Source: Bacteriovoracia bacterium (GTDB lineage: Bacteria; Bdellovibrionota; UBA1018; CAIPTA01). From it: a stretch of DNA of 64,000 nt. Shown here in pieces: positions 9,074 through 18,760 of the stretch; the stretch's first letter is position 1; each line of letters begins with the position of its first letter. The stretch spans positions 198,512 through 262,511 of the forward strand of contig JBFWVL010000004.1 of assembly GCA_050246755.1 (NCBI GenBank). Direction: 5' to 3'. The position numbers were made by a program, and so were the translations under genes. The notes below the pieces were generated by a model that saw nothing but the letters and a program-made list of their open reading frames with translations, was not told the origin of the DNA and did no database searches.

Positions 9074-10777
9074 ATGTTCAAGCGGATCCCAGCCCGAAAA
9101 TCTGGATTTACCCTACCGGACGTATTCGCTTTTGCGTTAATCGTGGCGGCCTTCATGGCGTTCCTCACCGTGGCCCGTTATTGGTCTGGCCCCCTGCTTC
9201 CTCCCCAGCCCATTGATCTTTCTTTCGGCTCTCTGCCCTACGCGCTCTTTCTTTCTTTCAGCCGTATCGTGCTCGCCTACCTCGTATGCTTGGTTTCCAG
9301 TTTGGCGATCGGATACTGGGCGGCGCATTCGAAGGTGGCGGAGTCGGTGATCATCCCGCTCATCGATATCGGGCAGTGCGTGCCGGTACTGGCCTTCTTG
9401 CCGGGGTTAAACCTTACCTTCATTATGCTTTTTCCGGAAAGCCGGGTGGGCCTCGAGATCGCCGCCATTCTCATGCTCTACACGAGCATGGCCTGGAACT
9501 TGATGCTTGCGTTCTATGGTTCGATCAAAACTATTCCGCGGGAATACGTGGATACGATCAAGGCTTATGGATATGGCCCGCTGGGGATTTTATTCCGGCT
9601 CGAGCTCCCCTATTCTATGAATGCCATCGTTTGGAACTCGATGCTTTCGGTGGCGGGAGGCTGGTTCTTCCTCACCGTATGTGAAAGTTATACTTTAGGT
9701 AATGCTTCGTATAATTTGGTGGGCCTCGGCTCTTTCATGAAATTGGCGGGAGACCGCGGCGAGTATGTGGCCCTAATCACTGGTGGCGCCACGATGGTGC
9801 TCATCCTCGTGCTCACCGATTTCCTGCTCTGGAATCCTCTCCTCCGCTGGGCCGAGCGTTTTCAGCGTATCCAGGCCAACGGTGAAGAAGACGCCGACGA
9901 GCCGGTATTGAACTTCTTCGCCAAATCGAAGCGGATCACGAGCTTTCTGCGTAAAATCCGGCGCCGCTACGCCGCCCGCCTCTACGTGTACCAAAAACGC
10001 GGCCGCCGCCGCCGCGAGAGCAAATTCGAATGGCAGCTGATGGGCTACTGCTTGCTGGTGGTGCTGATTGGCTTTTCGGCCTGGGGTATTTTCTTGGCCG
10101 GGGAAGCTCTGTTCGCCATGCCGAAACGGGAATGGGTAGGAATTCTAGAAGGAGCGGCCTGGACTCTCCTGCGCGTGGTGCTGGTGGTTGTTATTTCGGG
10201 CCTAACGATGGTTCCGCTGGGCCTTTGGTTAGGTACCCAGCCGCGCTTGGTAAAAAGAATTCAGCCTATCATTCAGGTGGTAGCGGCGTTCCCCTGGCCG
10301 ATGATTTTTCCCATCCTCATGATGACGATGGTAAGCCTCTCGCTGCCAGTTTTCGTGGCCAGCGTGGTTCTCATGATGACGGGCGCAATGTGGTATTTGC
10401 TCTTCAACGTGATCTCCGGCGCGGCCTCGGTGCCCGAACAACTAGTGGAAGTGGCGCGCACTACCGGAATGGGAAAACTAGAAATCATGCGCCGGGTATA
10501 TTTGCCCGCCACCTTCTCCCCCATTCTCACTGGACTGATCACGGCGGCGGGCGGCGCCTGGAACGTGAGCATCGTGGCCGAGCTGGTGATTTTCCGTGGC
10601 CAGGAATATAGCGTGAAGGGGCTCGGCACCTATATTTCCAAGGCCACCGAACGGGCGGCTTATTCGGAGCTGGCGGCGGCCGTGATGGTAATGATCGTAT
10701 TGATCGTGCTACTGAACAGAACGTTTTGGGCTAAGCTCTATGATCTGGCACAATCTAAGTACCGATTGGATGGGTAA
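9074..10777 (+). CDS. NitT/TauT-family ABC transporter permease (duplicated TM domain)
   Basis: DIGQCVPVLAF, WNSMLSVAGGWFFL, TGLITAAGGAWNVSIVAE; RBS AAGGAG. Confidence 0.9.
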   Translation: MFKRIPARKSGFTLPDVFAFALIVAAFMAFLTVARYWSGPLLPPQPIDLSFGSLPYALFLSFSRIVLAYLVCLVSSLAIGYWAAHSKVAESVIIPLIDIGQCVPVLAFLPGLNLTFIMLFPESRVGLEIAAILMLYTSMAWNLMLAFYGSIKTIPREYVDTIKAYGYGPLGILFRLELPYSMNAIVWNSMLSVAGGWFFLTVCESYTLGNASYNLVGLGSFMKLAGDRGEYVALITGGATMVLILVLTDFLLWNPLLRWAERFQRIQANGEEDADEPVLNFFAKSKRITSFLRKIRRRYAARLYVYQKRGRRRRESKFEWQLMGYCLLVVLIGFSAWGIFLAGEALFAMPKREWVGILEGAAWTLLRVVLVVVISGLTMVPLGLWLGTQPRLVKRIQPIIQVVAAFPWPMIFPILMMTMVSLSLPVFVASVVLMMTGAMWYLLFNVISGAASVPEQLVEVARTTGMGKLEIMRRVYLPATFSPILTGLITAAGGAWNVSIVAELVIFRGQEYSVKGLGTYISKATERAAYSELAAAVMVMIVLIVLLNRTFWAKLYDLAQSKYRLDG

Positions 10778-10780
10778 GCG

Positions 10781-12073
10781 ATGAGCAAAAATATCCCACT
10801 CGTGGAACTGCGTAATATCAAAATGGACTTCCGTCTGAGTTCGGGGGCGCCCGTGCCCGTGCTCGAGAATCTCGACTTAAATATCCATCCTGGAGAAATC
10901 GTGGCCTTGCTCGGCGCGTCGGGCACCGGAAAATCCACCACGCTTCGTTTGATGAGCGGGCTCACCAAGCCGACTAACGGCGAAGTGCACGCTAATGGCA
11001 CGGCCCTCACCGGATTGAATCGCGATATCTCGATCGTCTTTCAGGACGCTGCCCTTTTCCCCTGGCTCACGGTGGCCGAAAATATCGAGTTCGGCTTGTA
11101 TCCCCAGGGGCTTTCGCTGCGCACTCGCCGCCAGCGAGTTTCCCAGGCGGTGGATCTCGTGGGCCTCGAGGGATTCGAAGAAGCCTACCCCCGCGAATTA
11201 TCCGGTGGAATGCGGCAGCGCGTGGGAATTGCGCGCGCCCTCGCCATGAGTCCGAAACTCCTTTGCATGGACGAACCTTTTTCCGCCCTCGACGTTCTCA
11301 CCGCCGACACGCTGCGCGGGGAAGTTCTCGATATCTGGCAAAAGAAATCCACCAACCTTAAAGGGATACTTCTCATTACGCATGACATCGTGGAGGCCGT
11401 TTCGATGGCAAACCGGATCATCGTTATTGGCCGACCGCCCAATAACGTGAAGGCCGATATCCAGAATACCCTGATCTTTCCGCGCGACGAGAACTCCTGG
11501 CAGTTCAATCAGCTCGTGCGCAAAATTCACGCGGTGCTCACCGAATCCATTCTCGGCGACGATGAAACCGGCTCGGAAAGCCCTACCGCTCTGTGGGTAC
11601 TGCCGCCCGTGGCCATTGCCGACGTGATCGGTATGACGGAGCTCCTCGCCGATCATAAAGGACAGATCGATGTATTCGAGCTACCGCGGCTAATTGAAAA
11701 GGATTTCTCGGAAGCGCTCACTACGGTGAAGGCGGCCGAGCTAATCGGATTCGTGGATACCCCTTACCAAAAAGTTATCCTCACCCGCTTGGGCCAACGG
11801 ATTGCGGCTGGGGACGTGAACGACCGTAAAGAAGCAATTAAGATCCAGCTCCAGTCTCTTCGCCTGGTGAAGCTACTCATCGAACTGCTGCAAAATCAGG
11901 AAGATCTGGCCATGCCTTATCCCCAGGTAATCGAGTGGCTGCAGACGAAAAATCCCGCGATCAATGCGCAATCGGCCCTCGATACGCTGATCGACTGGGG
12001 ACGATACGGCGGCCTTTTCCGGTATAACTCCGATGAAGAGATGCTTTACTTAGACGAAGTAAGTTCGATTTAG
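10781..12073 (+). CDS. NitT/TauT-family ABC ATP-binding protein with C-terminal AAA-associated domain
   Basis: GASGTGKS, LSGGMRQR, MDEPFSALD; C-terminal IDWGRYG. Confidence 0.93.
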   Translation: MSKNIPLVELRNIKMDFRLSSGAPVPVLENLDLNIHPGEIVALLGASGTGKSTTLRLMSGLTKPTNGEVHANGTALTGLNRDISIVFQDAALFPWLTVAENIEFGLYPQGLSLRTRRQRVSQAVDLVGLEGFEEAYPRELSGGMRQRVGIARALAMSPKLLCMDEPFSALDVLTADTLRGEVLDIWQKKSTNLKGILLITHDIVEAVSMANRIIVIGRPPNNVKADIQNTLIFPRDENSWQFNQLVRKIHAVLTESILGDDETGSESPTALWVLPPVAIADVIGMTELLADHKGQIDVFELPRLIEKDFSEALTTVKAAELIGFVDTPYQKVILTRLGQRIAAGDVNDRKEAIKIQLQSLRLVKLLIELLQNQEDLAMPYPQVIEWLQTKNPAINAQSALDTLIDWGRYGGLFRYNSDEEMLYLDEVSSI

Positions 12074-12205
12074 AATCGGTTGCCGTTTGCTGTTGGCGGT
12101 TAGCTGTAGTGGCATACGGATAATCACCAGCCGAAGGCGCACCGCGCCGTTCTTCTACACGGTAAAACTCTTTTAATTTTCTGCCTCCTCTGAGGCGAAA
12201 GTGTC

Positions 12206-12229
12206 TATAATCAGAGTGAATTTATCACT
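12206..12229 (+). promoter_or_regulatory. Putative -10 (TATAAT) followed by inverted repeat AGTGA-N5-TCACT upstream of fadE
   Basis: TATAAT at 12206-12211, palindrome at 12215-12229, then AGGAG RBS before ATG 12245. Confidence 0.45.
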
Positions 12230-12244
12230 TCAGGAGATTCTCCC

Positions 12245-14677
12245 ATGTTTGGTATCTTGCACGACCATTGCGGCGCAGCCCTTGGCGCCATTGCGTTCTT
12301 CGTCTTCGTTCTCGGATTCACCGGAGCGCCGCTCTTTCTCTGGACGGCGGTAGCGGCAATCTTCTTATACGGATTCGGCGTCGGCCAAACTTGTTGGATC
12401 GTGTTCGCGGTGATCGCGGTGGTGCTGAACGTGGCCCCGATCCGCGCGATGCTGATTTCGGCCGGCGTGCTGAAATTATTCCAGGCGATGAAGCTGGTTC
12501 CCGCCATTTCCGAAACCGAGCGCGTGGCGATCGAGGCCGGGGTGGTTTGGGTGGAGAAAGAGCTTTTCTCCGGTAAGCCCAATTTCAAGATGATGATGAG
12601 CGAGCCCTACCCTTCGCTTACCGCGGAAGAACAAGCCTTTATCGATGGCCCCACGGAAAAGCTCTGTTCCTTGATCGACGACTGGCGCATCTGGCAGGAC
12701 CGCGAAATCTCCTCCGAGGTGATGGACTTCATCAAGAAAGAGCGTTTCTTCGGAATGATCATCCCGAAAAAATACGGCGGCCTCGAGTTTTCCGCTCTTT
12801 GTCACTCGGAAGTAGTGAAAAAAGTTTCTTCGCGCTCTTTGGCGGCCGGTATCACCGTGATGGTACCCAATTCCCTTGGCCCCGCCGAGCTGCTCAACCA
12901 CTACGGTACCCAAGCCCAGAAGGATAAATACCTGAAGCGCTTGGCCAACGGCGATGAAGTTCCCTGTTTTGCCCTCACCGAGCCGAACGCTGGCTCGGAT
13001 GCCGGCTCGATCACTTCTTCCGGCGAGCTCTTCAAGGGCGACGACGGCAAACTCTATATTAAGCTGAACTGGGAGAAGCGCTGGATTACCCTCGCCGCGA
13101 TCTCCACGCTTCTCGGCCTGGCCTTCCGTCTCCGCGATCCGAAAAATCTTCTCGGCAAGGGCGAAGACCTTGGCATCACTTGCGCCCTCGTTCCTTCCAA
13201 TACCCCCGGCGTAGTGCTCGGGCTGCGCCACGATCCGCTCGGCGTGCCTTTCTATAACTGCCCTACCCGCGGTAAGGACGTAGTAGTAAACGCCGAGGAC
13301 GCCATTATCGGCGGACTCGAAGGCGCCGGCAAAGGCTGGGGCATGCTCATGGAATGCTTGGGCGCGGGACGCGGAATTTCGTTGCCCGCCCAATCCACCG
13401 GCGGCACCCAGCAGTGCGCGCTCGTGGCCTCGGCTCACGCGGCGGTTCGCAAGCAATTTGGTATTCCCGTAGGAAGCTTTGAGGGCGTGGAAGAGCTTCT
13501 CGCCCGTATCGCTTCCAGCGCTTACCTGCTCGAGGCTTCGCGCCGCTATACCTGTGGCGCCATCGATAAAGGCATCAAGCCGCCGGTAGTTACCGCGATT
13601 GCTAAGTACCAGTCGACCGAGATTTCCCGCCGCGCCGTGATCGACGCGATGGATATCCTCGGCGGCGCCGGCATTTCGCGCGGCCCGAAAAACGTGCTCT
13701 CTTCCGGTTATATTGCGATGCCGATCGGCATCACGGTGGAAGGCGCCAACGTGATGACCCGCACCCTGATCATCTTTGGCCAAGGCGCCCTCCGCGCCCA
13801 CCCTTGGGCATTCCAGGAAGTGAAAGCGGTGGAAGCGAATAACGTCCGCGATTTCGACCGTGCCTTCTTTGGCCACGTGGGTCACGTGGTTCGTAACTTG
13901 TTCCGCTCGGTGGGCTTATCGGTTACCCGCGGCTGGTTAGCCTGTGCCCCCTCGGGCGTTGGCCCCGTGAAGCACTACTATCGCAAACTCTCCTGGGCTT
14001 CCGCTTCCTTCGCGATCATGGCGGACATCGCCATGGGCATGCTCGGCGGCGAACTGAAAATCCGCGAGCAGCTCACCGGCCGCTTCGCCGACATCCTTTC
14101 CTACATGTACCTCGGAACCGCGGTGCTCCGCCGCTGGGATGCCGAAGGCCGTCGCCAAGAAGACCTGCCCTACGTGCACTTCTGCATGGAAACCTGCTTC
14201 ATGAATATCCAGCGTGGATTTGATGGAATCTTCCAGAACTTCCGCCCCGCTGGCTTAACGTGGTTCTTTCGCGGCGTGCTAGGCACTTGGTCGATGCTCA
14301 ATCGCTTCACGGCCGGGCCGAACGACAAGCTCACCCACCGCGTGGCCGTGCTAGCCCAAACTCCGGGCGAGCAACGCACGCGTTTCTTCAGTGAAGGTAA
14401 CTACTTGCCCAAAGATTCTTCGAAAGACCAGATCGCCCTCCTCGAAGAAGCCTTCCGCGCTTCGAAGGCGGCGGAAGCCACCGAGCGCAAAGTGAAGAAA
14501 GCCGTGCGCGCGAAACAGCTGCCGAAGATCAAAGGTGCCAAGCTTTATGAAGAAGCCCTGGCCAAGAACGTGATCAATAAGGCCGAGTTCGATATGCTCG
14601 AGCATAGCGAGAAGCTGCGCTGGAGAGCCATCCAGGTGGATGAGTTCACGCTCGAGCAGTATAAAAATCGGGCCTAG
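12245..14677 (+). CDS. fadE: Acyl-CoA dehydrogenase FadE (long membrane-anchored type)
   Basis: MVPNSLGPAELL, CFALTEPNAGSDA, KRWITLA, ITVEGAN; C-terminal AIQVDEF. Confidence 0.95.
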   Translation: MFGILHDHCGAALGAIAFFVFVLGFTGAPLFLWTAVAAIFLYGFGVGQTCWIVFAVIAVVLNVAPIRAMLISAGVLKLFQAMKLVPAISETERVAIEAGVVWVEKELFSGKPNFKMMMSEPYPSLTAEEQAFIDGPTEKLCSLIDDWRIWQDREISSEVMDFIKKERFFGMIIPKKYGGLEFSALCHSEVVKKVSSRSLAAGITVMVPNSLGPAELLNHYGTQAQKDKYLKRLANGDEVPCFALTEPNAGSDAGSITSSGELFKGDDGKLYIKLNWEKRWITLAAISTLLGLAFRLRDPKNLLGKGEDLGITCALVPSNTPGVVLGLRHDPLGVPFYNCPTRGKDVVVNAEDAIIGGLEGAGKGWGMLMECLGAGRGISLPAQSTGGTQQCALVASAHAAVRKQFGIPVGSFEGVEELLARIASSAYLLEASRRYTCGAIDKGIKPPVVTAIAKYQSTEISRRAVIDAMDILGGAGISRGPKNVLSSGYIAMPIGITVEGANVMTRTLIIFGQGALRAHPWAFQEVKAVEANNVRDFDRAFFGHVGHVVRNLFRSVGLSVTRGWLACAPSGVGPVKHYYRKLSWASASFAIMADIAMGMLGGELKIREQLTGRFADILSYMYLGTAVLRRWDAEGRRQEDLPYVHFCMETCFMNIQRGFDGIFQNFRPAGLTWFFRGVLGTWSMLNRFTAGPNDKLTHRVAVLAQTPGEQRTRFFSEGNYLPKDSSKDQIALLEEAFRASKAAEATERKVKKAVRAKQLPKIKGAKLYEEALAKNVINKAEFDMLEHSEKLRWRAIQVDEFTLEQYKNRA

Positions 14678-14680
14678 TGC

Positions 14681-15472
14681 ATGAGCGATTTTCTCTTAGC
14701 CGCGATTCTAGGCGTGGTGGAAGGAATCACGGAGTTTCTCCCGATTTCCTCCACCGCTCATTTGCGAATCGCGCAGCATTTTCTCGGCCTTTCTCTCGAG
14801 AACGAGTTCTGGAAGCTCTTCGCGATCTTCATCCAGCTCGGCGCGATCCTCTCCGTGGTGGTGATCTATCGCAGGAAGCTTTTGGGTTTTGCGCGTAAAC
14901 CATTTCAAAAGGCCGTCTATTTGATCCTGGTCGCTTTCTTGTGCACGGCGATCCCCGCCTTTTTGCTCAAGAAAGTGATCGGCGCGAATCTCGAGAGTAT
15001 TTTCGTGATGATGATGGCTCTTGGGGTGGGCGGCATAGTGATGATCTTGGTGGATAAAGTATTTACCCGGGGAGTTCCGCTGGAACAGATGGGCTATGGG
15101 CAAGCCGCCTTTATCGGCTTTTGCCAAGTGCTATCCGCGGTATTTCCCGGCACTTCGCGCTCCATGAGCACGATCGCGTCCGGGCAGGTGGCGGGACTGA
15201 CCAGGGCGGCCGCGCTGGAATTTTCCTTCTTGGTTTCCATTCCGGTAATGGCCGTGGCCACGCTCTATGATCTTTTGAAATACTTGAAAGCCACTCCCGC
15301 TGGTTTAGGTGCGCATGAGCTGGCGCTGCTAATGGTGGGCTTCGTGGTTTCCTTCGTGGTGGCCTACGCCGTGATCGTTTGGTTTTTGGACTTCGTGCGT
15401 AAGCATGGGTTTTTGGCATTCGGCATTTACCGCATTGCTCTCGCTGCCCTGCTGTTTTTTATCGGGGGATAA
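14681..15472 (+). CDS. uppP: Undecaprenyl-diphosphate phosphatase
   Basis: GVVEGITEFLPISSTAHL and PGTSRS motifs. Confidence 0.96.
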   Translation: MSDFLLAAILGVVEGITEFLPISSTAHLRIAQHFLGLSLENEFWKLFAIFIQLGAILSVVVIYRRKLLGFARKPFQKAVYLILVAFLCTAIPAFLLKKVIGANLESIFVMMMALGVGGIVMILVDKVFTRGVPLEQMGYGQAAFIGFCQVLSAVFPGTSRSMSTIASGQVAGLTRAAALEFSFLVSIPVMAVATLYDLLKYLKATPAGLGAHELALLMVGFVVSFVVAYAVIVWFLDFVRKHGFLAFGIYRIALAALLFFIGG

Positions 15473-17170
15473 ATGAAAATTCTATTTTGCCTTTTCTTCC
15501 TGGCCTCCTGCGCCGCTCCTAACCGTTTTCCATCCAGTCAGAATATTCCCATAGAGCTTGTGGGCGGAGGTGTGGAATCGCTCCAGCCGGAGGCGTTTTC
15601 CGGAGAGGAAATCCAAGACCCCGAAAAATACGACGTGGTGGTGATTGGCGGAGGGTTAGCCGGCCTTACCAGCGCGGTATACCTTACCGACCACGGCAAA
15701 AAAGTTTTGCTCCTCGAAAAAGAAGACCATCTCGGCGGCCTCGCTGCCTGGGGAGAAGGCAAAAGCCATATCCGCTACGACCGCGGAGCGGCCTACTGGA
15801 CGAGCGCCTACGAGGAAGAGCTGGCTATTTTGAAGCATATTGGCCTCGGCGATTTCGAAAAGAAGCATCCCATTCCCGAACCGATCGACAGCTATTTCGT
15901 GCGGGGAAAATTCTACCCGGGGATTTGGGAAGAAGAAACTCTGAAGCAGCTGCCCGCCAGCTTCGCTCTTTTTAAGTACGAGCTGAACAAGGCCAACGAG
16001 GAAAAACTGATCCCCAATCAACCCTTCGAAGAATTCGCCGCCCTGGACGGCGGGAATATGGTGCTCGATACGTTGAATGCCCGTGCCTGGATCGAACGGA
16101 TGCCGGCTTCAATGACGCAGCGGCGGCTCGATCACGAAGGCGCCGCCATTTTGGCTCGTTTCCAGGCCGCAAAGCTTCCTGGACCCACGGGCATGGAAGA
16201 CGTCATCGAGCTCATGGACCTCTACTCCCGTTCGGCTCTGGGCTCGCCCACTGATTTCGTCTCCGCCATGGCCTTCGCCAACTTCTATATCTCCGAAACG
16301 GAAACCCGCTTCACTACTCCGCAGGGCACCGGCATCGCGGCCGATAGGATGTTCGAGTTACTGAAGGCGCGTAAAAAATTATTTCGCGCGGTACTGAAGG
16401 CGCCGGTTCGTAAGCTGGGCGTTACCGATTCCGCCGCGGGCGTAACCGTTCGCTATAACCACGGTGGCCGTGCGCATAGCGTGCGCGCGAGCTACGCCGT
16501 GTTCGCCGCTCAGCTGAAGCTGGCCCCCGACCTGATCGAAAATTTCTCCGAGCGTGCGCCCGAGCAAGCCGGACTGATGAAATCCTTGGGCTACTCGAAC
16601 TATTCGGTTCATATCCTGCATGTGAGTGGCCAGCCCTACCGCGCTACCTATGATACCTGGACCCGCGGCGCCGACTATTCCGAGAACGATTTCACGGATC
16701 TGATCCTCGGCCAATGGACCGATCCCAAAATCCGCGGCTACGAAGGATATAGGGATTTCGCGCGCGAGCCTAAAATTCGCGACGGCATTCTTTCGATTTA
16801 CCAGCCCCTCTCTGTCAAGGCTGGATACTCCGATGCCGAAGCAAAGGCCCTAGCTCTCCGTTCCGCGGCGCGCTTGCAGGAGCTCTATGCGGAGATGCCG
16901 CCTTCTCTCTGGCGCGGGCCTCTCAAAATCCAGAAAATCCAAACCAGCCGCTGGCCCTGGTCGGTGCATGTGGCGGAACCCGGCCACTATACGCAAAAAG
17001 CGCGTATCCTGCGCAAACCCTTCGGCCGCGTATTTTTTGCCAATAATAATCTCGGCACTCCTTCCTTCGAGGAGGCTTTATTTCGCGGGCACTGTGCCGC
17101 GAATAATATCATCGCGCGTTCCAAGCCCAAGTTTAAGAATGAGAAGTGGTCCCGTTGCGTTATTGAATAG
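15473..17170 (+). CDS. FAD-dependent oxidoreductase (amine-oxidase-like), predicted lipoprotein
   Basis: Lipobox FLAS-C; dinucleotide-binding [16 protein letters not shown]....GG; C-terminal [10 protein letters not shown]. Confidence 0.8.
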   Translation: MKILFCLFFLASCAAPNRFPSSQNIPIELVGGGVESLQPEAFSGEEIQDPEKYDVVVIGGGLAGLTSAVYLTDHGKKVLLLEKEDHLGGLAAWGEGKSHIRYDRGAAYWTSAYEEELAILKHIGLGDFEKKHPIPEPIDSYFVRGKFYPGIWEEETLKQLPASFALFKYELNKANEEKLIPNQPFEEFAALDGGNMVLDTLNARAWIERMPASMTQRRLDHEGAAILARFQAAKLPGPTGMEDVIELMDLYSRSALGSPTDFVSAMAFANFYISETETRFTTPQGTGIAADRMFELLKARKKLFRAVLKAPVRKLGVTDSAAGVTVRYNHGGRAHSVRASYAVFAAQLKLAPDLIENFSERAPEQAGLMKSLGYSNYSVHILHVSGQPYRATYDTWTRGADYSENDFTDLILGQWTDPKIRGYEGYRDFAREPKIRDGILSIYQPLSVKAGYSDAEAKALALRSAARLQELYAEMPPSLWRGPLKIQKIQTSRWPWSVHVAEPGHYTQKARILRKPFGRVFFANNNLGTPSFEEALFRGHCAANNIIARSKPKFKNEKWSRCVIE

Positions 17171-17232
17171 GCTACGCGAAGGAACACGAGGTGCGCGTAA
17201 TCTGCTATCAATGAGAATAAGCGCGGATAGTA

Positions 17233-17277
17233 GAAACAAAAAAGCCGCTTCCCTCTCGGGAGCGGCTTTTTTGTTTC
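17233..17277. terminator. Bidirectional intrinsic terminator
   Basis: GAAACAAAAAAGCCGCTTCC-CTCTC-GGGAGCGGCTTTTTTGTTTC between convergent genes. Confidence 0.9.
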
Positions 17278-17289
17278 CCTAAGAAAAAC

Positions 17290-17589
17290 TTAGGCGCCGG
17301 CGGCGGTCTTCTTCGCGTAGTCCACCATCTCTTTTAATTCTTTTCCTACTTTGAAAAAAGGCACGCGCTTGGGAGCTACGTTCACCACTTGTCCGGTCTT
17401 AGGATTGCGGCCTTGGTAAGCGCCGTACTCGCGATTCACGAAGGAACCGAATCCACGAATTTCAATGCGGTCGTTGTTCTTCAACGCATTGATCATCATA
17501 TCGAATACGAGATTCACGATGCTCTCGGATTGTTTGTGTTGGAGTTTTGCTTTCTCCGCGATGATGTTCACGAGATCGGCTTTCGTCAT
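17290..17589 (-). CDS. ihfB: Integration host factor beta subunit / HU family
   Basis: MTKADL...RIEIRGFGSF...GRNPKTG...PFFKVGKELK. Confidence 0.85.
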   Translation of the reverse strand: MTKADLVNIIAEKAKLQHKQSESIVNLVFDMMINALKNNDRIEIRGFGSFVNREYGAYQGRNPKTGQVVNVAPKRVPFFKVGKELKEMVDYAKKTAAGA

Positions 17590-17687
17590 GAAAAGAGCGC
17601 TCCTTTTATAGGCCCAGCTGAGGTATCCCAGCGATATGTTTAAATTTTATCATTCCTACCAAACCTGACAACAAAAAGTGCAACACG

Positions 17688-17717
17688 TTGACAGGAACGG
17701 CACACGAAAGTTAGCGT
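17688..17717 (+). promoter_or_regulatory. Sigma70-type promoter of the HU gene (near-leaderless)
   Basis: TTGACA (17688-93), N18, TAGCGT (17712-17), N8, ATG 17726; no SD. Confidence 0.6.
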
Positions 17718-17725
17718 CTCCGCCT

Positions 17726-18016
17726 ATGAACAAGCAGGGATTGATCGAAGCGATTGCCAAAGAAACGAAATTGCCCAAAGCCGAAGTGGAAAAGGCGCTC
17801 GACGCCACGGTGCGCACTATCCAGAACCGTGTAAGCGAAGGCGAAGACGTGACTCTCATGGGATTTGGGACCTTCTTTCTTGCGAAGCGCAAAGCCCGAA
17901 AGGGCCATGATCCCTTTCGCGATAAGGCGATCGAAATTCCCGCGATGAACGTACCGAAATTCCGGGTGGGAAAAGAGTTTAAAACGAGAGTGAATGGGAA
18001 GGGCCGGAAAAGCTAA
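17726..18016 (+). CDS. HU family DNA-binding protein
   Basis: MNKQGLIEAIA...VTLMGFGTF...PKFRVGKEFK; start placed at ATG 17726. Confidence 0.9.
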   Translation: MNKQGLIEAIAKETKLPKAEVEKALDATVRTIQNRVSEGEDVTLMGFGTFFLAKRKARKGHDPFRDKAIEIPAMNVPKFRVGKEFKTRVNGKGRKS

Positions 18017-18726
18017 CTGACTTTTACTTCGATGCGATCCACGGCGGAGACGCTCCAGAGCGCGGCCTGGATTCTAAGGTGCCGCACTTCCGAGGCATAG
18101 TAGCGGGCCACTATTTGGTAGCGTTCGTCTTTTTCGTCGATCGCCAGCCGGGTTAGCTCGAGATCCCCGTGCTGGAAGGTTTCCATGATCTCGGCCCGGG
18201 CTGCGGGATCGATGGACTGCAGGTGGATCCAAGTTTCGTAGCAGTGAAGTTTCCCGAAAATTTTATTGTCCACTTTGCTCACGAAGTAGAGCGTGAAGAA
18301 TACCGTGACGGTAAAAAGCGCAGCCGTGATCGGGAAGCCTAGGCCGATGCACATGCCGATGGCGGCCACTACCCAAACGGTGGCGGCAGAAGTGAGGCCG
18401 GAAACCGACCCCCCACTTTGCAGGATCATGCCCCCGCCCAAGAATCCGATCCCGCTCACGATTTGCGCAGCCACGCGAGTGGGATCGCCGGGAGTTCCGG
18501 GAGCCGAGCCGGCCATCGCCACCGAAACGGTGGTGAAAAGCACGGAGCCCACGCAGATCAAAATATTCGTGCGGAGTCCGGCGGGTTTATGCTTTAGCTC
18601 GCGCTCGAGGCCGATCAGTCCGCCGCAAAAAATGGCCAGGCAGATCTTGAAGCCCACGGTGAACCAGAGGCTATGGAAGTTATTCCATTCCGTTTGGCCA
18701 ATCAGCAGTTGCAGGAAATCTTGCAT
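18013..18726 (-). CDS. MgtC/SapB family membrane protein
   Basis: GGLIGLERE..KPAGLRT, DPTRVAAQIVSGIGFLGGG, GLTSAATVW. Confidence 0.93.
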   Translation of the reverse strand: MQDFLQLLIGQTEWNNFHSLWFTVGFKICLAIFCGGLIGLERELKHKPAGLRTNILICVGSVLFTTVSVAMAGSAPGTPGDPTRVAAQIVSGIGFLGGGMILQSGGSVSGLTSAATVWVVAAIGMCIGLGFPITAALFTVTVFFTLYFVSKVDNKIFGKLHCYETWIHLQSIDPAARAEIMETFQHGDLELTRLAIDEKDERYQIVARYYASEVRHLRIQAALWSVSAVDRIEVKVS

Positions 18727-18760
18727 GTTTTACTAGAATGAAGGAAATCGCGGGAAAAAG

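Noticed and set aside
9074-12073. ABC importer pair without a substrate-binding protein
   Set aside because: Normal for this double-permease plus AAA-associated-domain NitT/TauT subfamily
12476-13885. Long antisense ORFs (469 aa here; also 25289-26284, 24307-25164, 46409-47305)
   Set aside because: Shadows of GC-rich codon usage in well-supported sense genes (fadE, secA, M23, lipoprotein); no motifs or RBS
17173-17234. Two stems (TACGCG/CGCGTA and TCTGCTATC/GATAGTAGA) before the bidirectional terminator, as a possible riboswitch or sRNA
   Set aside because: Short stems with large loops, located between convergent gene ends with nothing downstream to regulate; no recognisable RNA family motif
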